The notes under the pieces: model-generated
Seen by the model: only the letters and a program-made list of their open reading frames with translations
Told to the model about the DNA's origin: nothing
Database searches by the model: none
In this document: positions 31,152 to 41,237 of the stretch, in pieces
How the letters are laid out: each line of letters begins with the position of its first letter
How positions within the stretch are numbered: the first letter of the stretch is position 1
DNA from: an uncultured Methanoregulaceae archaeon
GTDB lineage: Archaea > Halobacteriota > Methanomicrobia > Methanomicrobiales > Methanospirillaceae
DNA length: 64,000 bases
Direction: 5' to 3'
Assembly: GCA_963717525.1 (NCBI GenBank)
Contig: OY970343.1
Coordinates: forward strand, 1,600,001 to 1,664,000
Translations under genes and position numbers: made by a program

Positions 31152-31922
31152 ATGGGACGGAATGCATTTTACCGGAAAGATAATCTCACAATCATCAACG
31201 AGGATGTCTTTGCCACCCGTGCCATCCCGGCGAAGGGGATCGACCTCGTGGTCACCTCGCCGCCGTACAATGTCGACATCAGGTACAACTCCCACGATGA
31301 CAAGCTCACGTATGCCGAGTACCTCGCCTTCTCGAAACGCTGGATGAAGCGCTGTTATCGGTGGCTCAGGACCGACGGTAGGTTCTGCCTCAACATCCCG
31401 CTTGACAAGAACAAGGGAGGCCAGCAGAGCGTTGGTGCCGATCTGACCACCATCGCAAAGGAATGCGGGTTCTCCTATCACTCCACCATCATCTGGAACG
31501 AAGGCAACATTTCGCGCCGGACCGCATGGGGATCGTGGGCGAGCGCCTCCGCGCCGTTCGTGATCGCTCCCGTGGAGCTGATTGTCGTACTATACAAGGA
31601 CTCGTGGAAGAAGACCAGCGGATCGCGGCAGTCTGATATCACGCGGGAGGAATTCATGGAATGGACAAACGGCCTGTGGACGTTCAACGGCGAACGCAAG
31701 ACCCGGATCGGACACCCCGCCCCCTTCCCGGTCGAGCTGCCGCTGCGATGCATGAAACTCTTTTCCTTTGTCGGCGATACCGTGCTCGACCCCTTCATGG
31801 GAAGCGGGAGTACGCTTGTGGCGGCCGCCCGCTGCAACCGCACCGCGATCGGGATCGAGATCGATCCGCACTACTGCGGGATTGCACAGCGCCGGATCGC
31901 GGAGGAAGGGCGGGAGGAATAA
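31152..31922 (+). CDS. Site-specific DNA methyltransferase, beta class N4/N6 type (SPPY suggests N4-cytosine)
   Basis: VTSPPY catalytic motif precedes HPAPFP and DPFMGSGST SAM-binding motif. Confidence 0.9.
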   Translation: MGRNAFYRKDNLTIINEDVFATRAIPAKGIDLVVTSPPYNVDIRYNSHDDKLTYAEYLAFSKRWMKRCYRWLRTDGRFCLNIPLDKNKGGQQSVGADLTTIAKECGFSYHSTIIWNEGNISRRTAWGSWASASAPFVIAPVELIVVLYKDSWKKTSGSRQSDITREEFMEWTNGLWTFNGERKTRIGHPAPFPVELPLRCMKLFSFVGDTVLDPFMGSGSTLVAAARCNRTAIGIEIDPHYCGIAQRRIAEEGREE

Positions 31923-32031
31923 GGCGACCGACGAAGTCGTGCCGATAAATGCCCGGCACCACCAGTGGATTTTTTTTGAATAACACACTGTAAACTGTGA
32001 TTTAATAAAAAAATATCGAGTTTTCAAGATT

Positions 32032-32763
32032 TTATTTATACAATTTTTTGTAGCAAGAATAACAGACAGGTTTCCCGAAGGATTGTTTTGATTCCTTTCC
32101 GCAAATATGACAATATTTCTCTGGATAGGATTCATCAGAATATTTTGCCCAGATTGGATAGCACTTTGAGCAAAGGGGTTTAGCTGGATTAAGTGCCATT
32201 TCCGCATGACACCTTATACAATAACCAATTTTATTATCGGATTTTGGAGCGGGTTTGGCAGATGGTTTTTCTTTTGTGGTTTCTTGTTTGGCTTTTACTG
32301 GCTGTTCCTTCTCAATTGTAACTTTATATTGGATTTTTTCTGCATCTTCAATCAATCTTGTAACTTCTTTGAAAATTTGATCGTATATTTCTTTATCCTC
32401 GATAGCATCGAAAATGAGACCTACTTCTTTATTATTTTGCTGAGAATGTAGATACAAATTCATTGAGGTGATAATGGCTGTAGATTCGTTAAGATATATT
32501 TTTGCGTGAAGCCCCTCGATTGATTTTATCTTTGCATTTTCAAGATTTTGAAGGAAACTGATATCATCGGGAGGCCAGTTGGTATCTTTTCTGCAAACTA
32601 CTTTAATATCGATTAATGCCTGTCTATCTGCTTCTTTAATCAAACTTCGCAAATTTTTAGAGATTTGCAGATATGGACTAATTAAAAATAATTGTTTGTG
32701 AGCATTTTTGACCAAATCGTCTAATGCAGCCGAGATCCCATTAGTTGTATAGAACTTTACCAT
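32032..32763 (-). CDS. Single-HKD phospholipase D/nuclease-family protein with four C-terminal CxxC motifs
   Basis: LISPY, HAKIYLNE, ITSMNL..SQQNNKEVG; CIRC, CSKC, CHIC, CYSC; markedly AT-rich. Confidence 0.82.
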   Translation of the reverse strand: MVKFYTTNGISAALDDLVKNAHKQLFLISPYLQISKNLRSLIKEADRQALIDIKVVCRKDTNWPPDDISFLQNLENAKIKSIEGLHAKIYLNESTAIITSMNLYLHSQQNNKEVGLIFDAIEDKEIYDQIFKEVTRLIEDAEKIQYKVTIEKEQPVKAKQETTKEKPSAKPAPKSDNKIGYCIRCHAEMALNPAKPLCSKCYPIWAKYSDESYPEKYCHICGKESKQSFGKPVCYSCYKKLYK

Positions 32764-32985
32764 CTTATTCCCTCAATAAAACCTACTTCTCCCAATAGTA
32801 TAAATCTATCATAATCTACTCTTAATCATAAACTCAAATTTTTTTAGAAAAGTCTGGAACAGCTGTTACCAACCGTAAAAAATGATTATATCACGCGTCG
32901 GGAACCCCCGGAAATGTGCCTCCCGGCAGCCGGACAGTTGCCCTTTCCAGCCTCCGTCGTAAATCAAGCCCAGAATAGCCCTGCA

Positions 32986-33248
32986 TTTTAAAAAATAAGC
33001 CCGTTTTGAGCCCCATATAATGCCCCCGGGAGCCCCGTATTCGCGTTCTGGCGGCCTCTTTTTTCCGGATCATGCAAATGGCAATTCCACCCGGGATCTG
33101 CCAAAATAACCCCTTTATCGAGGTCGTTTTAATTCGTCCGTTTGCGAAAATAAGGCCGATTCAGGCTTATTTTAAAACGGAGCCCGATACGGGCTTCTTT
33201 TGGGAGTGCCAGACGCCAATCGGAGGCCAGATTGAGCCCGGATTGGAT
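32986..33248. repeat. Dispersed 263-bp non-coding repeat, copy B
   Basis: Ungapped match to 16915-17177, same orientation, offset 16071. Confidence 0.85.
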
Positions 33249-33409
33249 TCGGGTCACAGGTGGGTTTTGGGAGAAGGGAAATTCAGGCTCCAAGTACGGA
33301 GATCAAATGCAAAATAAGGCGTTGTACCATTCCAGGAATGATCCTGATATTTTTCGTTTCGGATTCTCATTGAAGATTAGATGGGGCCAATAAAAATTGA
33401 AAATCATTA

Positions 33410-33712
33410 TTAATTTTTTTCTGTCGGTTCCTCTTTAGGTTGATCCTTTCCTTTTTCCTTTTCTGTCTTATCCTCTTTTTCCTCTTCCTCGTCGTCTTCC
33501 TCTTCTTCCTCTTCTTCGGTCTGACTCTTATCTGAGACGAGATAATAAATTATTAACGTTATAATAGCCGCAAGTACTGCGTTAAGACAAAAAGCCAGTG
33601 TACCCAGCGAGCTGGAGAACCCGCCGTTGAATACGAACGCTGTAATCGGGAAGTACACTGCCATAAGGACGAAGAACATGCCAAGAATTAGGCCTAAATC
33701 CCGTTTTTTCAT
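33410..33712 (-). CDS. Small two-TM membrane protein with acidic/lysine-rich tail
   Basis: Two hydrophobic helices then a poly-E/D/K tail; AGGA SD. Confidence 0.7.
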   Translation of the reverse strand: MKKRDLGLILGMFFVLMAVYFPITAFVFNGGFSSSLGTLAFCLNAVLAAIITLIIYYLVSDKSQTEEEEEEEDDEEEEKEDKTEKEKGKDQPKEEPTEKN

Positions 33713-33871
33713 ATCCTGTTAATGTGTCAGTCAAAAACATAACTCTATGGATCACATCTCCAGAATCTTTACGTTGAATGAATCCGGAAGCATTCCAGTA
33801 ACAGGACCGTATTTTAACCATCCTCAACCAATCGAAGGTTATTAAAGCAAATATTTTTATAATAACCATTA

Positions 33872-35167
33872 ATGGTCGCAAAGGCCGAAATTACACCCTT
33901 CGATCAAAGGCTCTTTTTAATCTTCATCGTCACGTTTGCCTCGATGACGGCATTCGAGTTTGTCGGTAAGTTCCTCTACCCGTACGACCCTGACTGGCGC
34001 TCGAACCTGATAACCAGCCTTTTTACGAGTGGCCTTGCAGTCATCATCGCTTACTTTCCCCTCAGTTCATATTATGAGAACGCCACCCAGCTCTCCTCTG
34101 AGGTGGAGAGGCGTCATGAGGTGGAAAGCGACCTGCGGGAGCGCGAGGAACGGCTGAGGAGAACCTTTGACCAGTCCCCGGTGGGGGCCGCGCTCTGCTC
34201 TCCCGACCTCCGGTTCACCCGGGTGAACGGCGCCCTGTGCGTGATCACAGGATATACTCAGGACGAGCTCATTAACCGGTCTATCATCTCCATAGCCGTC
34301 CCTGATGAGACTGCCCGCATTCTTTCCTGTGCCGAGGCCCTGAAAAGCGGTGCGGCCGATCTGGACGAACGCGACCTGCACCTGGTACGCAGGAACGGTG
34401 ACCGTATCTGGGTACGCCTCTCGGTCCGCCTTATCCGGGACGCGGAGGGGGCTCCCCTGTATTTCCTCCCGATGTTTGTGGACATCAATGACCGCAAGCT
34501 GGCGGAAGATGCCCTCCAGAAGACCAACAAAAAACTCTCGATGCTCTCCAACATCACACGCCACGACATCAAGAACCAGCTGACAGGGCTTTCCATGTTC
34601 CTGCAGATGGTAAAAAATGAGGTCCCGGATAACCCTCTCCTGCAGGAGCATATCGGCAAGCTGATGACCTGCAGTGACGCCATAGAGCGGCAGATCGAGT
34701 TCACCCGGTATTATGAGGAGCTGGGAACGGCAAACGCCGGCTGGTTCGACATGCACCAGGGCATCCTTGATGAGGCACGCCAGCTGCCCCTTGACAGGAT
34801 CACTCTCGACCCCGGGAAGGAGGGGATCTCGATCTACGTCGACCCCCTGGTAGGCAAGGTCTACTACAACCTTATCGAAAATTCCCTCAGGCATGGCGGT
34901 CACGTAACGGCGATATCGTTTGCTGCCACCGAGACGGAGAAAGGGCTCGTAATCCGGTATACTGATGACGGCGTCGGGATCCCGTCACCGGAGAAAGAGA
35001 AAATATTCCTCAAAGGGTACGGGCGTAATACCGGCCTTGGCCTGTTTTTAATCCGGGAAATTCTCGCGACCACCGGGATCAGCATAACGGAGACCGGGAC
35101 ACCCGGTGCTGGTGCTCAATTTGAGATCCTCGTTCCCAAAGGGAAGTACCGGCTTTCCCCGTCTTAA
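33872..35167 (+). CDS. Membrane PAS-domain sensor histidine kinase
   Basis: Two TM helices, PAS (VN.ALC.ITGYT..EL), RHDIKNQL H-box, N-box NLIENSLRHG, DDGVGI, GLGL. Confidence 0.9.
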   Translation: MVAKAEITPFDQRLFLIFIVTFASMTAFEFVGKFLYPYDPDWRSNLITSLFTSGLAVIIAYFPLSSYYENATQLSSEVERRHEVESDLREREERLRRTFDQSPVGAALCSPDLRFTRVNGALCVITGYTQDELINRSIISIAVPDETARILSCAEALKSGAADLDERDLHLVRRNGDRIWVRLSVRLIRDAEGAPLYFLPMFVDINDRKLAEDALQKTNKKLSMLSNITRHDIKNQLTGLSMFLQMVKNEVPDNPLLQEHIGKLMTCSDAIERQIEFTRYYEELGTANAGWFDMHQGILDEARQLPLDRITLDPGKEGISIYVDPLVGKVYYNLIENSLRHGGHVTAISFAATETEKGLVIRYTDDGVGIPSPEKEKIFLKGYGRNTGLGLFLIREILATTGISITETGTPGAGAQFEILVPKGKYRLSPS

Positions 35168-35230
35168 CAAGGGGTCTGCCGATCTTTTGAGGATCCGGCG
35201 GAGGAACTAAAAAAAGGTCCGGGAGCTCCC

Positions 35231-36007
35231 TTACAGGGTAGCGACCGGAGTGATGGTTGTGGTTGGGGTAACCCTGATCCGGTGTTCGGCCCGGTAGGTC
35301 TTTATGATACTAGCGAACTGCTGGTTAAGCGTCGCAAGGTCCTCGTTTGCGGCTTTGATCGCGCTCTCGTCACGGCTGGTGAGCGCAGCGTTGAGCACAG
35401 TCCCTTCCTGCTGGATCTGGTTCTCGACTGCCTGTGCCTGCGAGACATCGATGCCCTTTGCGGTCAGGTTCGAGAGCACCCCTTCCCTCCGCTGGTCGTT
35501 TGTCGCAAACAGATCCATGCGGGCAGTCTGGCGGTCTGTCCACCATGTGTTCTCGAGGCCCTGGAGCGTCGCTGACTGTGCCATGACCGAGGCGTTGATA
35601 TTCTGCTCAAGCGCTTTGCCGGTGCCGTTGTACTCTTGGAGCGAGGATTTTGCCGTGGACATGAAGTTCGTGCGGTCTGATTTCAGCTGCGATTCCGCCT
35701 GCTGGATCTCCTCTCCGGTGGTCATCGACTGCACTGACGTAACGGTGCCGGTAAACTGCGATTCGATTGCAGAGAGCGGGGCGGTGCCGGCGCCATTGCT
35801 GATGGTGCCGATATAGCTGATCGCCCCGTCCATCTGCGCCTGTCCCTTGGCCCCGGCATACGCCACGAAGGCCTGCATCGCTGTGATGTGTTCGGGATTG
35901 GTATTCCATGCGTTCCCGCCCACGGGAGACGCTGCAACCGGCATGACTGCCGCAACAAGGCAGATCATACAAAGGCTGCCGATCAGGATTATTCTTGTGT
36001 GGTTCAT
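35231..36007 (-). CDS. Secreted alpha-helical hypothetical protein
   Basis: Signal peptide (..VMPVAA), Ala/Gln/Thr-rich helical body. Confidence 0.65.
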   Translation of the reverse strand: MNHTRIILIGSLCMICLVAAVMPVAASPVGGNAWNTNPEHITAMQAFVAYAGAKGQAQMDGAISYIGTISNGAGTAPLSAIESQFTGTVTSVQSMTTGEEIQQAESQLKSDRTNFMSTAKSSLQEYNGTGKALEQNINASVMAQSATLQGLENTWWTDRQTARMDLFATNDQRREGVLSNLTAKGIDVSQAQAVENQIQQEGTVLNAALTSRDESAIKAANEDLATLNQQFASIIKTYRAEHRIRVTPTTTITPVATL

Positions 36008-36272
36008 CTTTTTCACCCTCGTATTGTTGTCGAATGATGCCCCGTGCACCCCGTGCAGGGACGCATCTGCTCCTGATGTTGCCGGCCCGCGGGTATATAT
36101 TTCCATGATTGCCCGGGTAACGCCATTGAACCGCAGGGTTAGAAGAGAGAAACCGGTACGGGTACATGCCGGTCCGGGCCGGATACAGGACGCATTCCCC
36201 GAAAACAAGACGTCTGCGGCACCATTTGCCGACAGGAAAGGCTGTATACCCTCAAAAGAAATATTAAAGATC

Positions 36273-36497
36273 ATGCAATACACAATCGTCCTTGAACCCA
36301 ATGCAGAAGGTGGTTTTGCCGCCCGCTGCGTTGAGCTTCCGGGGACTGTCTGCCAGGGTGCAGACAAAGGAGAAGCGCTCGCCCGGCTTAAGGATGCGAT
36401 CGGGCAGGTACAGGAGGCCTGGCAGGCCGACCTGCACCGCACGATCCAGTCCCTTTCATCCGAGATTATCCGGATCGAAATGGCCGACGCCGCGTAG
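36273..36497 (+). CDS. HicB-like antitoxin-family protein
   Basis: YTIVLEP..EGGF.A.C.ELPG.V.QG....EAL..LKDAI. Confidence 0.75.
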   Translation: MQYTIVLEPNAEGGFAARCVELPGTVCQGADKGEALARLKDAIGQVQEAWQADLHRTIQSLSSEIIRIEMADAA

Positions 36498-36895
36498 GGT
36501 GAGAGCACCCCACCGGGGGATTTTCCCCCACAGAAATTTATACCCATTTTTCAGGAATTTCAGCGGCATCACGCACGAACCCTGTGCATTTTATGGGGAA
36601 GAGATCCTCCTCCCGGGCTGTCACAAGACCTTTGACGTCGAAGATGTCAAAACCGATCAGGTCCGTGGATTTGTTGCAAAAATTCGGTGATGAACGCTTT
36701 TGCGATTGCGCAGGTCTTCTCCTTTGCTGCAAGGTCGCGAACTTTGGTCCGGCCGTACTTCATCCCGATCACCATGATGGTACGGGGTGCACCCCCGCCT
36801 GGTTGGCAGACCGGCCCGCGACCAGCCGGGGTATACCTTTTTTGTACGTGGAGAGGCCAACACTTGTACCATCCGGCCGCCGGTTTGTGAGTACC

Positions 36896-38073
36896 ATGAC
36901 GTTTGCCTTTGCCCGACGCATCCAGCATGCCCCGGCATCGTTTCTCGGGGAGCTCTTCAGGGTCTCTGCCGATCCCTCCATCATCTCGTTTGCCGGGGGG
37001 CTACCTTCTTCCGCGCTGATCGATACAGGCGGGCTTTCGGACGCCGCACGGGACGTTTTTGATACCGATCCCCGTACCGCCCTGCAGGTACTCGACAACC
37101 GACGGCTACCGGCCGCTGCGGGAGTACATCGCGGCCCGGTACCGCAAAAGGCTCGGCATCCCGGCCACCGCCGACGAAATACAGATCACCAACGGCTCCC
37201 AGCAGTGCCTCGACCTCTTTGCCAAGATCTTCCTTGACCCCGGAGACAGGGTGGGCATGGAACGGCCGGGGTATCTCGGAGCGATCGAAGCGTTTTCGCT
37301 CTACGAGCCGGAATTTACCGCCGTGCCGCTCGATCATGAGGGCCCGGACCCGGGTGCCTTTGCAACGATGATGAGGGAGACACCGGTGAAATTCTTTTAC
37401 GGCATCCCCAATTCACAGAACCCATCGGGCTGCACCTACTCGCAGGACAGGCGCAGGGAGATCGCGGAGATGCTTAAGGGCACGAATACCGTCTTTTATG
37501 AGGACGACGCGTTCGGGGAACTCTTCTTTGATGGCAAGCCCCGGCTGCCGGTGAAACGCTTTCTTCCCGGAAATGCCGTGATCTCCGGATCGTTCTCCAA
37601 GATCACCGCACCGGGCATGCGGATCGGGTGGCTGTACGCCCCGCCTGAGATCCTCGCGGCCTTCAACACCGCAAAGCAGGCAGCCGATCTGCACTCGAAT
37701 TTCCTCTGCCAGCAGATCCTGCACCGGTACCTCACCACAAACGACCTCGATTGCCATATCCGCAAAATTATCGCGGTCTACAGCCGGGCAGTGCCGGCTG
37801 ATGTGCGACCTCTTCGACGACCTGATGCCAGATCTCTCCCACACGACCCCGGAAGGGGGGATGTTTCTCACCGCTACGCTTCCTGCCGGCCTGCATGCGA
37901 TGAAGGTTTTTGAAGAAGGGATCCGGCACAAGGTCGCGGTGCTGCCCGGGATGCCGTTCTTTGTCGACGGCGGCGGCACTGACACGATCCGGCTCAACTT
38001 CTCCAACGCCGATGAAGAGAAGATCACGGAAGGCATGCACCGGCTTGCAGGGGTTATCAGCGGACTGTCCTGA
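36896..38073 (+). CDS. PLP-dependent class I aminotransferase, LysN-like (+1 frameshifts at ~37088 and ~37787)
   Basis: ISFAGGLP, TNGSQQ.LD, PNSQNPSG, EDD.FGEL, GSFSKI.APG.RIGW, PEGGMF, RLNFS across three frames; corrected length 391 aa. Confidence 0.88.
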
Positions 38074-38141
38074 ACCGGCCTGCATCAACTCCGGATCTAT
38101 GATGATAACCTTTTTTGTGCCCGGAAAAGAACGGGTACCCC

Positions 38142-38760
38142 ATGACTGCACAACGCCTGTTCATTATCCTTGCCTTTCTTGCCTGTGCCCTGCTCCTCTC
38201 CTGCGGGTGCACGCAGCCTGCCGGCTCCGCACAAACACAGAGCCCGGCCGCCGCGATACCGGAAACATCCGTGTCCCCTGCGGCAGCTGCTGTAACCATA
38301 TCAGCACAGGACCACGTCCTGCTCGAAACAACGATGGGGAACATCACCATCGCGCTCGACCCCGGCATGCCGATCACGGCCGGCAACTTCGAAAAACTGG
38401 TCAAAAGCGGTTTCTATGACGGAGTTATCTTCCACCGCGTGATCCCCGGGTTCATGATACAGGGCGGCGATCCTACCGGTACCGGCCAGGGAGGCCCCGG
38501 CTGATACCATCCCCGACGAATTCACCAGCCATAATCACAACGCCCGGGGCACGGTTGCCATGGCAAATGCAGGGCCCAACACGGGAGGCTCGCAGTTCTT
38601 CATCAACCTCGTCAACAACACGTACCTCGATCCGAATTACCCGGTTTTCGGGACAGTCACCTCCGGGATGGACGTAGTGGATGCCATCGCAGCTGTGCCT
38701 ACCGGTGAGAACAACCGGCCGCTCACGAACGTGACTATTCTCCACGCGGAGATGGCATGA
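38142..38760 (+). CDS. Cyclophilin-type peptidyl-prolyl isomerase with lipoprotein-like signal (+1 frameshift at ~38503)
   Basis: LLLSCGC lipobox-like signal; [15 protein letters not shown]; downstream frame [16 protein letters not shown]. Confidence 0.88.
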
Positions 38761-38839
38761 GGAGCCGATCCCAAGGTGGACCCCTCATTCGCACCACACA
38801 GGAAAGAATACCTCTCATGAACTACAATTACCGGTAACA

Positions 38840-39313
38840 ATGACATCCACGCAGGCACCCGGTAAACGGGTACGGCTCGAAACGAACATGGGCACGATCA
38901 CGATCGCGCTCGACCCGGAGATGCCGATCACCGCCGGTAACTTCGAAACGCTCGCACAGAAAGGCTACTACAACGGTGTCATCTTCCACCGCGTGATCCC
39001 CGGGTTCATGATACAGGGAGGAGACCCCACCGGCACCGGGAGGGGCGGACCCGGCTATGCGATCAAGGACGAGTTTACTGCCAACAACCGGAACGATCGG
39101 GGCACCCTCTCGATGGCAAACGCAGGTCCCAACACCGGCGGTTCGCAGTTTTTCATCAACCTCGTCAACAACAACTTCCTCGACGGCAAGCACCCGGTCT
39201 TCGGGAAGGTTGTCGAAGGCATGGACGTCGTCGACAAAATCGGCAAGACCAAAACCGACCATGATGACCGGCCTCTAGAGAAAGTCATAATCCTCCACGC
39301 AATCATGGAGTAA
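38840..39313 (+). CDS. Cyclophilin-type peptidyl-prolyl isomerase (cytoplasmic)
   Basis: [41 protein letters not shown]. Confidence 0.95.
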   Translation: MTSTQAPGKRVRLETNMGTITIALDPEMPITAGNFETLAQKGYYNGVIFHRVIPGFMIQGGDPTGTGRGGPGYAIKDEFTANNRNDRGTLSMANAGPNTGGSQFFINLVNNNFLDGKHPVFGKVVEGMDVVDKIGKTKTDHDDRPLEKVIILHAIME

Positions 39314-39525
39314 TCGGTTCCGGAAAGGATCCGGATTTATTTTTTTCACGGATTTCGTTTTTGGCTGGTTAACCGGTTGTCTATACCTTTGCAGTTGTCC
39401 AGAAAGAGACAATCACTTGAGGAAAAGAGCACAGACACTAGCCCTGAAAACCTGGGTACCTGCACCGTTTTTTTAAGGAACACCTATGTGCCGGGCACGC
39501 GAGACTGTACTGCACAGGTGCGACC

Positions 39526-40425
39526 ATGAAAAAACGTACACCAGACCCTGACCTCGAAGCGCATGCCACAGGGATCATACAGCGCCACCTCGCCCGCCGG
39601 CCCCGGGCACAGAAGATGTGGAACCTGCTCACGGGCGATCCCGAGGTGCAGGCCTGCTGGAAGATGGCAAACTACGTTGCCGCAACCAAGATGGGGATGA
39701 ACGATCATGGCCGGACCCACGCCACGGTCGCCACCGCATCCGCGCTCACCATGCTTGACCTGCTGGACGGTTCGCCGTTCTGCCCGGACATCGTTGCCGG
39801 GGGATTCGGTGACAGCGATGACGCGGCGCTCGCGGTGATAACAGCCACGCTCTGCCACGATCTCGGGAACACGGTTCACCGTGAGGAGCACGCGGATCTT
39901 GGCGTGGTGATCGCGCTCCCGATCCTCGACCGGCTCCTGCCCGGGATCTACAGTGACCCGGAGAAACGCATTGCGATCCGGTCGTTCATCCTCTCCGCGA
40001 TGTACTCCCACCACGGGATACCCCGGCCGCTCACCATCGAGGCGGCCCTCGTCTGTATCGCGGACTCAACCGACATGACCAAGGGCCGGGGCCGGGTCGC
40101 GTTTGAATCAGGAAGCATCACGATCCACTCGGTCTCGGCGCTTTCCATCGAAAAGGTGGAGATCAAAAAAGGGGACCAAAAGCCCATCGGTCTTGTGATC
40201 CACATGTCAAGCCCGGCCGGGATATTCCAGGTACAGGAGATCCTCGCGCCCAAGGTGCGGGCCGGGCCGCTTGCCGACGCGGTGGACGTGGTCGCGGTGA
40301 CCACGGACGAGGCGCACGCGGCAGGGCAGGGGCTCGTCTCCGGGATCCGGATGCAGGGCGCAAAGTTTGTGCCCCTGCAGCCGGAAAGCGGCCGGGCCCG
40401 CCCGGGCGGGAAGAAGCACCGCTGA
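39526..40425 (+). CDS. HD-domain phosphohydrolase (COG3294-like)
   Basis: MNDHG.TH, LCHDLGN.VHR..H, IADSTD...GR.R. Confidence 0.85.
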   Translation: MKKRTPDPDLEAHATGIIQRHLARRPRAQKMWNLLTGDPEVQACWKMANYVAATKMGMNDHGRTHATVATASALTMLDLLDGSPFCPDIVAGGFGDSDDAALAVITATLCHDLGNTVHREEHADLGVVIALPILDRLLPGIYSDPEKRIAIRSFILSAMYSHHGIPRPLTIEAALVCIADSTDMTKGRGRVAFESGSITIHSVSALSIEKVEIKKGDQKPIGLVIHMSSPAGIFQVQEILAPKVRAGPLADAVDVVAVTTDEAHAAGQGLVSGIRMQGAKFVPLQPESGRARPGGKKHR

Positions 40426-40442
40426 CGGTTCTTCCCTTACGC

Positions 40443-40940
40443 TTATTTCCCTGCGGTATGAGGCCGGAGCGTGCCGATAAACCCTTCAAGCCCGTCCCGT
40501 GCCCCGCGCCGGTCCTTTGCCGAGACAATTTTTGTCTCTGCACCGGCGAAATGCGCCTTTACTGACTCTGACTGTGCGCCGACCGTGTCGCACTTGTTGA
40601 GGAAGACGACGAACGGGATCTTTTCCCCGGCAATCGAGGTGTGGAGGTGCTCAACGAACTCATCCACCGGGGAGGTCGCGTCGACGAGCAGGATCGCACC
40701 GTCCATGCCCTTCCCAATGATCTCGCGGGCGAACTCGAAGCGCTCCTGCCCTGGGGTGCCGTACAAATAGACCCTTTTATCGCCGATTTGGACCCGGCCG
40801 TAGTCAAGCGCGATGGTGGTCGTGCCCCCGGCGCATTCGGCCTCGATGTGCTTTGTCTGCGGGTCGAGCGTCTGGATCAGCGTGGACTTGCCCGCCCCGA
40901 ACGCGCCAAAAACGACGATCTTGTATTTTTCTTCTGCCAT
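40443..40940 (-). CDS. Small GTPase, MglA/COG2229-like
   Basis: GAFGAGKST, TTIALDYG, GTPGQERF, NKCD, SAK. Confidence 0.85.
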   Translation of the reverse strand: MAEEKYKIVVFGAFGAGKSTLIQTLDPQTKHIEAECAGGTTTIALDYGRVQIGDKRVYLYGTPGQERFEFAREIIGKGMDGAILLVDATSPVDEFVEHLHTSIAGEKIPFVVFLNKCDTVGAQSESVKAHFAGAETKIVSAKDRRGARDGLEGFIGTLRPHTAGK

Positions 40941-41237
40941 TATGGTACGATAGGCGGCGGGGGTGTTTACCATTTCGGTCTGGCGTAAAGATGCGACGGG
41001 ACCGGCGGAATTTCCTTTCTTTTTAAAATTTCTGACAAGTGTTAGTAAATTCCAGCTGACAAAAATATGTTTTGGGGACGTAAATTCTTAAAATTCTGGT
41101 CCTTCACGAATTCTGCATGCTGTCGCATTCAGGCAGGAGCTCGCTTGGCCCGATGAAGGCCGATACTGTCTAAAATCCACCCCGTGTGTTTTATATCTGT
41201 AGTCCATTAATAACAGACTTGTTATAAGGGTCAGCAT

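Noticed and set aside
38495..38510. In-frame TGA in the cyclophilin as Sec or read-through
   Set aside because: Homology continues in a different frame. Removing one G restores GPGYTIPDEF.
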